Assembly: GCA_001563335.1 (NCBI GenBank)
Contig: LRSL01000001.1
Location: forward strand, 1-62,761
Reading direction: 5' to 3'
DNA from: Candidatus Thorarchaeota archaeon SMTZ1-45
GTDB taxonomy: Archaea; Asgardarchaeota; Thorarchaeia; Thorarchaeales; Thorarchaeaceae
DNA: 62,761 bases
Shown here: one piece after another, positions 7,875 to 17,280 of the stretch
How the letters are laid out: every line of letters starts with the position of its first letter
How positions within the stretch are numbered: position 1 is the stretch's first letter
Position numbers and translations under genes: made by a program
Notes under the pieces: model-generated
Told to the model about the DNA's origin: nothing
Seen by the model: only the letters and a program-made list of their open reading frames with translations
Databases searched by the model: none

Positions 7875-9356
7875 CTAACTACCATATTCCTTGTTGATGA
7901 GATTTGCGACTATTTCTGAGGCAATCAAGACCATTGGTACTCCAATTCCAGGATGGGTATATTGACCTGTGTAAAAGAGATTCTTCACCCTCTTACTTCT
8001 GTGTCTTGGTCTGAAGAAAGCGGACTGACTGAATGTATGCGTCAATCCTACAGCTGTTCCCTTATAGGCATTATAGTCCTGCGAGAAATCATTTAGTGAG
8101 AAGATTCTCTTTACAATGATTGAGTCTGAAATAGTTGTTCCAGTCACTTTCTCCATGTGCTTGATTATCTTGTCGAAATAAGCCTCACGAATCTCCGGGC
8201 TGTCCTCTATCCCTGGTGAGATTGGAATTGTGACGAATATGTTCTCACAATCCGGTGGTGCTACAGTATCATCCATCTTCGATGGGCAACACAGATAGTA
8301 CGCAGGCTCATCTGGCCATGAAGGCTCTTCGAAGATCTGCTCAAAATGCCTGACCCAATCGTAATCCAAGATTACATTGTGGTGTGTGAGACTCTCGATC
8401 TTCTTGTTCAAACCAAGATACAGGACAAAGGCTGAGGGAGCAATCGTCTTCTTCTCCCAGTAGCTTTTCGGATATGTCTGAAACTCCCTGTCAAGAAGGT
8501 CCATTTCAGAGTGAGGATAATCTGCGTTACTCACGACAATGTCAGCTTCAAACTCACCCTTTGTTGTGATGACTCTAGTGACCTCCTTGTCTTCAACAAC
8601 AAGTCTGGTCACTTCAGTTTCAAATCGAATATCAGCACCATATTTAACTGCTAGTTCTTGTGTTGCTTCAACAATCTTCCCAAGCCCACCATAAGGATAC
8701 CACACTCCAAGGTTGAAATCAATATGAGATATCATAGAATAGAGTGCAGGTGTATTCTTTGGGTTACCCCCCAGAAAGACTATCGAATACTGGAGTATCT
8801 TCCTTGCTCTCTCTGTCGAGAAGTACTTGCTCATCAATTTCTCCATGTTGGAAAGAATACTCAATTTCCATCCAGCAGCAATTAATTTTGGACTGAACAT
8901 TGCCCTTAATCCAGCCAAGTCTTTATACATTAGACCCTCCAAGAGATATTCGTACTTTATCTGAGCCTGTTTGAGGTATTCCTCAAGCTTTCTTGCTCCA
9001 TCCTTCTCAAGTCTACCAAACAGGGTTTTGTTCTCCTCTAGGTCAGCTGAAATATCAATCACATCATCTGGGAAGAAGATCCTATATGATGGGTTTAGTC
9101 GAATCAGTTTATAGAAATCCTCTACCTTTCTTCCAAAAATTTCAAAAAAATGTTCGAATATCTCAGGCATCAAATACCATGAGGGTCCCATATCAAATAC
9201 AAACCCGTCTTTCTCCCAAACTCGTGCCCTGCCCCCTGGACTTGAGGTCTTTTCCAGCACAGTCACTTGGTGACCTGATTTAGCAAGTAGGGCTGCAGCT
9301 GCTAATCCTCCAACACCTGCTCCTATCACAAAAATTCTCATGTTTTGAATCATCAC
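7875..9356 (-). CDS. crtD: phytoene desaturase family protein, probably carotenoid 3,4-desaturase
   Basis: GxGxxG FAD site, FDMGPSWYLMPE, PGIGVPM. Its position upstream of lyeJ-cruF mirrors haloarchaeal crtD-lyeJ-cruF. CrtD versus CrtI identity is inferred. Confidence 0.7.
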   Translation of the reverse strand: MMIQNMRIFVIGAGVGGLAAAALLAKSGHQVTVLEKTSSPGGRARVWEKDGFVFDMGPSWYLMPEIFEHFFEIFGRKVEDFYKLIRLNPSYRIFFPDDVIDISADLEENKTLFGRLEKDGARKLEEYLKQAQIKYEYLLEGLMYKDLAGLRAMFSPKLIAAGWKLSILSNMEKLMSKYFSTERARKILQYSIVFLGGNPKNTPALYSMISHIDFNLGVWYPYGGLGKIVEATQELAVKYGADIRFETEVTRLVVEDKEVTRVITTKGEFEADIVVSNADYPHSEMDLLDREFQTYPKSYWEKKTIAPSAFVLYLGLNKKIESLTHHNVILDYDWVRHFEQIFEEPSWPDEPAYYLCCPSKMDDTVAPPDCENIFVTIPISPGIEDSPEIREAYFDKIIKHMEKVTGTTISDSIIVKRIFSLNDFSQDYNAYKGTAVGLTHTFSQSAFFRPRHRSKRVKNLFYTGQYTHPGIGVPMVLIASEIVANLINKEYGS

Positions 9357-9474
9357 TCAGGAATTGTGTTTTGTCGATTTCTCGAAATACTTTTTTTCCT
9401 ATCGCAATAATTTTAAAGCATATCTATAGAACCAGCAAAAAAGTGGCAGGAAAGTAAAGAGAAGTCAATGAGGA

Positions 9475-10503
9475 TTGATAAGATTGTTCTTTAGAAGTGA
9501 ATTCAGAGACACATACGCTACCTGTGAATATGATTCTCACTTGTCTGTGCTTCCCTCAAAAGTTATTCCCCACTTAGACCCTACTGATATTGATCTGAAG
9601 GCCAGCTATGATTGCTGCATGAGTCTCTTTGAGGTCCATGCACGCTCATTTCATTTTGCTTCAAGATATCTCGATGAAAAAGACAGACGAGCTTTTGCCG
9701 CTTTGTATGCATTCTGTAGATTAGCCGATGATTTTGCTGATGAAATTGATATTCCCCCAGAAGCTATTGAAGAAGAGCTCGATGCTCTGAAGGATATTGT
9801 GGCAAGAATGGGTCAAGGAGAAATCTTCGACCATCCAGTTTTGCATGCTTTTGGAGACACGATGATTAAATACAACATTCCTGTCCAATACTTGAATGAG
9901 CTTATTGAAGGAGTTCGGATGGATATCAATCTGACAGAAATCCAGACTGTAGAAGAGCTCGAGAAATACTGTTACCATGTCGCATCTACAGTTGGGGTTA
10001 TGTTATGCTATATAATGGGCGCAACTAATCCTAAGACTATTGAACGTGCAATCGATTTAGGCCAGGCTCTCCAAATCACGAACATTCTCCGTGATATTGA
10101 CGAAGACCTCCAAAATGGACGGATATATTTGCCTGTCGAAACAAGACAGCAGTTTAAAGTCACTAGAGATGCGTTTGAAATGAGAAAGGTTGGTCTAAAT
10201 TTCAAGTGGTTAATCAAACATTATATGGCTGTAGCAGACTCTTATTATGCTAAAGCAGAGATTGGAATTCAGGATTTACCACCCGCTGCTGCATTCACAG
10301 TCAAAGTTGCTAGCAGAGTCTATTCTGAAATTATGAATGAAATAAAGAAGATGGACTATGATGTCTTCAGGAAACGGGCAATCGTACCAAGCTGGAAGAA
10401 ACTGTGGATTGCCTACAAGCTTCGGAGAGAGTATTATAGAGAGAAGAAAGCTTACGAAGAATCCAAGGATCAGAGAGGAATTGAAGAAACGGTTGTCAAT
10501 TAG
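9475..10503 (+). CDS. crtB: phytoene synthase
   Basis: ARSFHFAS, LYAFCR.ADDFAD, YCYHVASTVG, ALQITNILRDIDED..GRIYLP. Exact start uncertain. Confidence 0.92.
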   Translation: MIRLFFRSEFRDTYATCEYDSHLSVLPSKVIPHLDPTDIDLKASYDCCMSLFEVHARSFHFASRYLDEKDRRAFAALYAFCRLADDFADEIDIPPEAIEEELDALKDIVARMGQGEIFDHPVLHAFGDTMIKYNIPVQYLNELIEGVRMDINLTEIQTVEELEKYCYHVASTVGVMLCYIMGATNPKTIERAIDLGQALQITNILRDIDEDLQNGRIYLPVETRQQFKVTRDAFEMRKVGLNFKWLIKHYMAVADSYYAKAEIGIQDLPPAAAFTVKVASRVYSEIMNEIKKMDYDVFRKRAIVPSWKKLWIAYKLRREYYREKKAYEESKDQRGIEETVVN

Positions 10504-10526
10504 CAATTGATATAGGAGGATACAAA

Positions 10527-12029
10527 TTGAATAAGAGAGTTGAAAAACAAGTCGTCATTATTGGAGGTGGATTAGGAGGTTTAGCAGCAGCAATTCGAAT
10601 GCAGCACGCAGGTCATTCAGCCATCCTCCTCGAGAAACGGCACCAGTTAGGTGGGCGTGCTAGTGTGTTCACTGAGAAGGGGTATACATTTGATACGGGC
10701 CCTACGATAATTACACCTCCGTTTCTTATCAACGAACTCTTTGAGTTTGCAGGAAAGGATGTAGCAGATTATGTTGAACTTGTGAAGGTATCACCGAAAT
10801 ACCGTTTATATTTCTCAGATGGAACATTCATGGACTATGGTGACTACGAGGACAATATTGAACAAATCGAGAAGTTCAATCCTCAAGATGTTGAAGGCTA
10901 TACAAAATTCCTCAAGGCTGCAAAACCCATCTATGAACTTGGATTTGAACAGCTTGGTTCAATGCCCTTTGAAACCATTTGGAGCATGGCCAAACTCGCT
11001 CCTGCAGGTATCCGATATAGGGCATATCGAAGTGTCTATGGGATGGTTTCTGCTTATTTGAAAGATCCTCGCTTAAGAATCGCAATGTCATTCAACCCAT
11101 TGTTCATTGGCGGAAATCCATTCACAGCCACTTCAATCTACACATTAATCACCTATATCGAGGAAAAGCACGGCGTCTGGTGGGCGCGAGGAGGAACGCA
11201 TAAATTAGTTGAGGCAATGGAGCGGTTATTCAAAGAGCTTGGCGGAGAGTACTATCTAAACTCAGAAGTCGATCTTATAGAAGTTGCTGACTCCAATCGA
11301 GTTAAGGGAGTTACCACAACAGATGGGAAGTCCTATGCTGCGGACATCGTGATTTCAAATGCAGATGTTGCTAACACATACATGAAACTCCTTGATAGGA
11401 AAGTATTCCGAAAGCGAAACGCAGATGGGCGCTATAAGAGAGCTAAATATTCAATGAGCCTCTTTATGACATACTTTGGGGTTGAGAAACAGTACCCTGA
11501 CATGGTTCACCACAGTATAGTTTTTGGTCCCAGATACAAAGAGTTGCTTGATGATATTTTCAAAAAGAAAATAGTGCCTGATGATTTCTCGACATACCTA
11601 CACATTCCTACTAGAACTGATCCTGAGTTGGCTCCACCTGGTTGTGAAACCATGTACGCCTGTACACCAGTAGCCAATCTAGATTCTGGCACAGACTGGA
11701 AATCAAAGAAAGAAGAATTCAGTAATCATATTCTAAGCACTCTTGATAGAAGAGTCCTTCCTGGGCTCCTTGACAACCTTGCTGTCAAGAGAACATTTAC
11801 GCCTGCTGACTATGAAACTGAATTGAACTCATACAAAGGGGCTGGATTCCAACTGCAGCCCTTGTTAATGCAGTCCGGTTACTTTCGACCACACAACCGA
11901 TCCCGAGATGTTAAAGGTCTCTATTTAGTAGGAGCTGGCACTCATCCTGGAGCAGGCGTTCCAAGCGTGATAATGAGTGCAGATTTGACTACACAAATGA
12001 TCTTTGATGATTTAGAGAAAGGTCTATAG
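10527..12029 (+). CDS. crtI: phytoene desaturase
   Basis: GGGLGG, FDTGPTIIT, GGNPF, FRPHN and LYLVGAGTHPGAGVP, typical of 4-step CrtI; follows crtB. Confidence 0.9.
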   Translation: MNKRVEKQVVIIGGGLGGLAAAIRMQHAGHSAILLEKRHQLGGRASVFTEKGYTFDTGPTIITPPFLINELFEFAGKDVADYVELVKVSPKYRLYFSDGTFMDYGDYEDNIEQIEKFNPQDVEGYTKFLKAAKPIYELGFEQLGSMPFETIWSMAKLAPAGIRYRAYRSVYGMVSAYLKDPRLRIAMSFNPLFIGGNPFTATSIYTLITYIEEKHGVWWARGGTHKLVEAMERLFKELGGEYYLNSEVDLIEVADSNRVKGVTTTDGKSYAADIVISNADVANTYMKLLDRKVFRKRNADGRYKRAKYSMSLFMTYFGVEKQYPDMVHHSIVFGPRYKELLDDIFKKKIVPDDFSTYLHIPTRTDPELAPPGCETMYACTPVANLDSGTDWKSKKEEFSNHILSTLDRRVLPGLLDNLAVKRTFTPADYETELNSYKGAGFQLQPLLMQSGYFRPHNRSRDVKGLYLVGAGTHPGAGVPSVIMSADLTTQMIFDDLEKGL

Positions 12030-12044
12030 AATGATGCTGACTCC

Positions 12045-13277
12045 CTAAATCTTCATCATGAAAGGATTCTCAAGGGATTCCTTTAATGATGCTAGGAATT
12101 GACCTGCTGGAGCACCATCCAATACTCTATGGTCAACAGCACAACTAGCCATCATCATTGATCTTATCGTAATCTTATCATCAATGATGACTGGTTTCTT
12201 GTTAATCTGCCCAAGTGCAAGAATTGCAGTTTCAGGAGGATTGATGACTGGTATGAACAAGTCAACATTGAATGGTCCGAGGTTTGACACTGTGAATGTG
12301 CTTCCTGTGAGCTCTTCGGGTTTCAGTTCATTCTTCTTCGCTCGTTTCCCAAAGTCCTTGGTTTCTAGGGCGATCTCAGTTATTGACTTCTTGTTCGCAT
12401 CTCTCACAGTTGGTACAATAAGTCCATCGTCAGTTGCCATTGCAACCCCAATGTTCACCTCATCGAACATGATCAACTCATTTCCAACAAGGGTGGCGTT
12501 GAACTTTGGAAATCTCTCGAGTGTGTCCGCTACAGCTTTCACAATGATGTCGTTGAACGAGATTCTGATACCATGTTTCTTATCAACGCGTTCATTGATT
12601 TCATTGCGCAGCTCAACAACTTCTGTCATATCAATCTCGGTGATCATGGTAATGTGCGGGTTTTGTGCACTCTGTGTCATTCTTCTAGCAATGGTTCTTC
12701 TCAAGGGAGTTAATGGTGCAACTTGTTTGACTTTTCGATCATCAGTAACTGTGATTTGAGGTGTACTCTGTGCAGCAAGAATGTCTTTTTCCATAATTCT
12801 TCCATCCGGGCCGCTACCCACAACCAAGGTAAGGTCAATGCCCATTTCTTCTGCCTTTTTCTTTGCACGTGGTGATGCTTTGATTTTTCCTTCTAGCAAG
12901 CGAGTTTCGACTGGTTTAGCATCAGGCTTGGACACGGCTTTCGTCACTGGTGCAGAAACAGTTGGAGTTTTTGATACAGCGTGTGTTGCCGCAATGGCTT
13001 TGTTTAGCTTCTTAGGCATTATATCCGGAACTTTTTCACCCCTCTTGCCTATATAGGCAATAGGCTCACTTATAGGAATCTCGTCATCTACTTCACACAA
13101 TATCTTTAGCAAGACTCCATCAGCTGGTGATTCCAACTCGAACTCGTTCTTCTCACCAAAAATCTCAACAATAGATTCACCTTGCTTTACAGTATCTCCC
13201 TCTTTCTTCAACCATTTGAGTATCACTCCATATTCCATAGCCACACTCATTCGTTGCATGATCATGGTTGTTACCAT
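12045..13277 (-). CDS. 2-oxoacid dehydrogenase complex E2, dihydrolipoamide acyltransferase
   Basis: Lipoyl domain (GEK, ESPADG), E3-binding domain (KASPRA...GSGPDGRI), catalytic DHRVLDG. ATG 13277 follows GGTGA. Confidence 0.92.
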   Translation of the reverse strand: MVTTMIMQRMSVAMEYGVILKWLKKEGDTVKQGESIVEIFGEKNEFELESPADGVLLKILCEVDDEIPISEPIAYIGKRGEKVPDIMPKKLNKAIAATHAVSKTPTVSAPVTKAVSKPDAKPVETRLLEGKIKASPRAKKKAEEMGIDLTLVVGSGPDGRIMEKDILAAQSTPQITVTDDRKVKQVAPLTPLRRTIARRMTQSAQNPHITMITEIDMTEVVELRNEINERVDKKHGIRISFNDIIVKAVADTLERFPKFNATLVGNELIMFDEVNIGVAMATDDGLIVPTVRDANKKSITEIALETKDFGKRAKKNELKPEELTGSTFTVSNLGPFNVDLFIPVINPPETAILALGQINKKPVIIDDKITIRSMMMASCAVDHRVLDGAPAGQFLASLKESLENPFMMKI

Positions 13278-13286
13278 TGGATTCAC

Positions 13287-14261
13287 CTACATAATATCGC
13301 GGATTGCTTGTGCTATTCGTTTATTGTCAGGAATGAAATAATCCTCTAGGGGTGGACTGAACGGAACTGGCGTGTCTGGGGCATTGACTCTCTTTATTGG
13401 CGCATCCAACCAGTCAAATGCCTCCTCTTGTATGCTGGCTGCAACTTCTGCTGTCGTTGCTCCAGTCTTAGTTTCTTCGGTCACAAGAACCAGTCTCCCA
13501 GTCTTTTTGACAGACTCGATCAATGTTCTCGTGTCTAAGGGAGCTAATGTTCTTGGATCAATGACTTCAACACTTATACCCTCTTTCTCCAGCTCGTCAG
13601 CGACCTCAAGAGCTTTGTGAAGCATGAAGAAAGTACCCCAGACTGTCACATCTGATCCCTCTCTCCTTACCTTTGCCTGACCGAAGGGAATTGTATAATC
13701 CTCATCAGGAACCTCTTCTTTCCTGTCGTAGACCAGCTTATGTTCAAAGAACATTACTGGGTCAGGGTCTCTGATAGCTGTCTTGATGAGTCCTTTAACG
13801 TCATATGCAAACGCTGGGACTGCGATCTTAAGACCAGGTGTATGCATGAACCAAGCCTCAAGACTCTGAGAGTGATGAGATGCTATATTCTTACCACCAC
13901 CAAACACACTTCGAAGGACGAGTGGGACTGAAGTCTGCCCACCGAACATGTATCTCATTTTAGCAGCCTGATTGCAGACCTGATCCATCGCGAGGGCAAT
14001 AAGGTCTCCAAACATTATCTCTGCAACAGGAATTAATCCTGTAATAGCTGCACCGACTGCAGCTCCTGCAATGGTGTTCTCAGAGATTGGTGTATCTCTC
14101 ACCCTAGCCTCACCAAACTCCTCCGCCAATCCCTTAGTTACCTTGAAAGCTCCACCCCAATTAAGCCCTACATCTTCTCCCATTATGAACACGCGGTCGT
14201 CGCGGAGCATCTCCTCACGGAGTCCTGCCCTCAAAGCGTCTCTATATGTCATCTCTGGCAT
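13287..14261 (-). CDS. 2-oxoacid/acetoin dehydrogenase E1 beta subunit
   Basis: GEDVG, DTPISE, HSQSLEAWF.H.PGLK, DPVMFFEHK, EVIDPRTL.PLD. Confidence 0.93.
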   Translation of the reverse strand: MPEMTYRDALRAGLREEMLRDDRVFIMGEDVGLNWGGAFKVTKGLAEEFGEARVRDTPISENTIAGAAVGAAITGLIPVAEIMFGDLIALAMDQVCNQAAKMRYMFGGQTSVPLVLRSVFGGGKNIASHHSQSLEAWFMHTPGLKIAVPAFAYDVKGLIKTAIRDPDPVMFFEHKLVYDRKEEVPDEDYTIPFGQAKVRREGSDVTVWGTFFMLHKALEVADELEKEGISVEVIDPRTLAPLDTRTLIESVKKTGRLVLVTEETKTGATTAEVAASIQEEAFDWLDAPIKRVNAPDTPVPFSPPLEDYFIPDNKRIAQAIRDIM

Positions 14262-15236
14262 TTAGAGCACCTCCATAAAGACATCATCAAGTGCTTCTTC
14301 TGGTTTAGGATATTCTGACCTTTTTGCAAACACAGCTGCCTTCTCAACATCCTTGGATATCTTGGCGTCAATCCTTCCAGCCTCTTTCTCAGTCAGAGCC
14401 CCCTGCTGAATCGCCAGCTCTCGAATGATTCGAACCGCATCTCTTTCTTCACTAAGCCAATAATTTGCCTCTTTTTCTGGCCTATACTTTGCAGCATCAA
14501 ATCGTGAATGTCCCTTCATCCGGTACGTTTGACACTCAATAAGTGTTGGTCCTCCACCCTCTCTTGCACGTTTCACTGCTTCAACTGTTGCTTCATAGAC
14601 AGCAAGTGCATTATTACCATCTACAACAACATTCGGAATACAATAGCCATCAGCTCTCTGTGCAATGGTTACGCTAGGGCACATCATTTTGATAGGTGTC
14701 CCCATCGCATACAGATTGTTCTCAACTACCCAAATCAGGGGGAGTTTCCAGATTGCTGACATATTGAGAGATTCGCCAAAGGTTCCATTGTTTGATGCAC
14801 CATCTCCAAAAAAGCACGCAACGACATCATCCGTACCTCTCATCTGACACGACAGGGCTGCACCAACAGCTATTGGAAGACCCGAAGCAACAACTCCCGT
14901 GGCACCAAGTACTCCAACGTCAAATTGTGTGATATGCATTGATCCGCCTTTTCCCTTGCATGACCCACTTGCTTTACCAAGTAGCTCTGCAAGTGCCGCA
15001 TTCATATCTGCTCCTTTTGCAATAACATGCCCATGGCCCCTGTGTGTACTTTGTATCCAGTCTGTTTCTTTAAGGGCTGTAGTCACTCCTGCTGCAACAG
15101 CCTCTTGACCTAAGTAAAGGTGTAAGGTACCAGGTACAATGTTTTCACCAAAGAGATCCCAAACTTTTTCCTCAAATCTGCGGACCTTCAGTGTTCTTGT
15201 ATAGAGCTCCTTTAGCATCTTCTTATCAACTGTCAT
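14262..15236 (-). CDS. 2-oxoacid/acetoin dehydrogenase E1 alpha subunit (TPP-dependent)
   Basis: HLYLGQEA, HRGHGH, GKGGSMH, GDGA..N TPP motif, YRMKGHS. Probable start ATG 15236 (track 15326). Confidence 0.93.
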   Translation of the reverse strand: MTVDKKMLKELYTRTLKVRRFEEKVWDLFGENIVPGTLHLYLGQEAVAAGVTTALKETDWIQSTHRGHGHVIAKGADMNAALAELLGKASGSCKGKGGSMHITQFDVGVLGATGVVASGLPIAVGAALSCQMRGTDDVVACFFGDGASNNGTFGESLNMSAIWKLPLIWVVENNLYAMGTPIKMMCPSVTIAQRADGYCIPNVVVDGNNALAVYEATVEAVKRAREGGGPTLIECQTYRMKGHSRFDAAKYRPEKEANYWLSEERDAVRIIRELAIQQGALTEKEAGRIDAKISKDVEKAAVFAKRSEYPKPEEALDDVFMEVL

Positions 15237-15601
15237 AATATCAATCAACAACCTTGTCTTGACTAAGAGCACTCTGGCGCCCTCCGCGAATCTTGTCTGA
15301 TAAAGGCTTCGAAGTAGCAGAGGCATTACTCAAATAGGATATTGAGATGTTTAAATAAATCAAAATTCAAAACAAGTACATTGTTTCATAGTGTATCTGA
15401 GCACACATTAACGTAAATAATGAGTTTGTGCACCTGAGATTTGTAGGGATGTGGAGCAAAAAAGTTGCGCTATGGATGGCAATCTAAATAGATTGGAAAC
15501 CCTCCTCGTCCCTACTTCATCTTTTTCCAAAAATATTGTTTCCCCAAGAATTCTTATTGCGGTTTGATTTGTCAATTTGTGGATTTCCGGAGATGTCTTG
15601 T

Positions 15602-16003
15602 ATGAGTCGTGTGGGAGTCGAAGCAATACTCACTTCAGGTAGAACCCTAAAACAGGGACGCGCCATGGAGCTTGGGAAACTTGGTCCAGAGTATCTCAAA
15701 GAAGTTTCATTCTGTGAGATGGATAAAATAACACTCAAAGCCTTAGGGCTGGAAGAAGGCGACCCTGTCCTTGTTGAAACATTGTATGGCAGTGTTGTTG
15801 TAGAAAGCAAACTAGACCGTAGAGCTGAACCTGGTGTTGTGTTCATACCTTGCGGTCCCTATGCAAATGCAGTCATAGGCTCGGACACAGAAGAAACTGG
15901 TATGCCTGACTTCAAAGGAGTACCTGCGAAGCTCTTCGCAGCAAAGGGTGAATCTGTACTTGGTGTTAAAGATCTCTTGAAGAAAATGGTGGAGGGAGCA
16001 TAA
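15602..16003 (+). CDS. fwdD: formylmethanofuran dehydrogenase subunit D
   Basis: LTSGRTLKQG, GVVFIPCGPYAN, TGMPDFKG; coupled to fwdB through a TAATG overlap. Confidence 0.9.
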   Translation: MSRVGVEAILTSGRTLKQGRAMELGKLGPEYLKEVSFCEMDKITLKALGLEEGDPVLVETLYGSVVVESKLDRRAEPGVVFIPCGPYANAVIGSDTEETGMPDFKGVPAKLFAAKGESVLGVKDLLKKMVEGA

Positions 16004-17280
16004 TGACCGAAGAATCAGGTATGAAAGAAAACATTGTATGTCCCTTCTGTGGATGCCTTTGTGACGATATAGCTCTCAATATTGAAAGTAACAAAATTAC
16101 AGAAAATAAGAATGGTTGCTCAATCAGTCAAGCCAAATTTCTGAACCATCGTGATGATCGTCTGGAGATGGACGCCCCTCTAGAAGTGCTCGTCAAGAAA
16201 GCCGCTGAGATAATCATCAAATCCAAGCGCCTTTTAGTATATGGCTTAAGCTCAACAGAAAATGATGCTCACAGAGAAGCTTACAAGATTGCTGAGGAGG
16301 CTGGAGGTGTTGTTGATAATACCTCATCCGTCTGTCACGGGCCTACAATTCTGGGTGCACAGGAGTCTGGTGAACCAATTGCAGCTTTGGCTGAGGCGCG
16401 TCACAGGGCTGATTTCATTATCTATTGGGGGTCTAACCCACAGTTCGCTCATCCTCGACACATGAGTCGGTACACTAGGGCTGATGGTTTTTACATAAAG
16501 GATGGAAAGAAAGATCGTCAGATTTGGGTGGTCGATGTTAGAAAGACCATTAGTGCTGGAGTGGCTGATAAATTCATTAAGATTAATCCTGGTTGCGATT
16601 TGGAGGTTATCTCGGCACTCCGTGCTATTGCACGAGGTAAGATTCTCGAAGTGGATGAAGTAGGTGGACTTCCAATCAGTGAGCTCAGTGACATGATTGA
16701 GGCAATGAAGAATGCTAAGTATGGTGTCCTCTTTTTCGGTCTCGGTCTGACGCAGTCGAAAGGGCGTCACAGGAATATCGATGCGGCAATCAGGTTGATT
16801 CAAGACATGAACCACTTTACAAAGTGGAGCATGATGCCAATGAGAGGGCATTATAATGTCGCAGGCGCAAACAAGACATCGACATGGCAGACTGGTTATC
16901 CATATGCTGTAGACTATGCTCGTGGGTATCCAAGATATCAACCAGGTGAATACACAGCAGTTGACATGCTTGTGAGAGGCGAGGCTGATGCTGTCCTTAA
17001 CATTGCGGCTGATCCAGCTGCACACTTCCCAAAAGAAGCTGTGAAACACCTTGCTAGTATTCCAGTCATCAATATTGATCCCAAACGAAATATGACCTCC
17101 CTCCTTGCAAAGGTCAATATCCAGACTGCTATTGCTGGTATCGAGAGTGATGGTGCAGCCACAAGAATGGATGGTCTCCCATTATATCTGAAGAAAGTGG
17201 TTGATCCACCTGAGGGTGTTCTCCCTGACAGGGATGTCTTGAGAATGATTTACAATGAAGTAAGGAGGCTGAAGAAATGA
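16003..17280 (+). CDS. fwdB: formylmethanofuran dehydrogenase subunit B (Mo/W-pterin; Cys ligand)
   Basis: CPFCGCLCDD, SSVCHGPT (TGT Cys), AHPRHMSRY, MRGHYNV.G. Confidence 0.93.
   Translation: MTEESGMKENIVCPFCGCLCDDIALNIESNKITENKNGCSISQAKFLNHRDDRLEMDAPLEVLVKKAAEIIIKSKRLLVYGLSSTENDAHREAYKIAEEAGGVVDNTSSVCHGPTILGAQESGEPIAALAEARHRADFIIYWGSNPQFAHPRHMSRYTRADGFYIKDGKKDRQIWVVDVRKTISAGVADKFIKINPGCDLEVISALRAIARGKILEVDEVGGLPISELSDMIEAMKNAKYGVLFFGLGLTQSKGRHRNIDAAIRLIQDMNHFTKWSMMPMRGHYNVAGANKTSTWQTGYPYAVDYARGYPRYQPGEYTAVDMLVRGEADAVLNIAADPAAHFPKEAVKHLASIPVINIDPKRNMTSLLAKVNIQTAIAGIESDGAATRMDGLPLYLKKVVDPPEGVLPDRDVLRMIYNEVRRLKK

Noticed and set aside
16324-17049. Long antisense ORFs (241 aa here; also 12184-12759, 20100-20645, 38094-38603 and similar)
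   Set aside because: They lie opposite well-conserved genes, have no motifs, and are best explained as shadow frames.
16003-17280. Selenocysteine in FwdB or other TGA read-through
   Set aside because: The metal-ligand codon is TGT (Cys). The terminal TGA is an ATGA overlap with fwdA, and I saw no ORF pair joined by an in-frame TGA.
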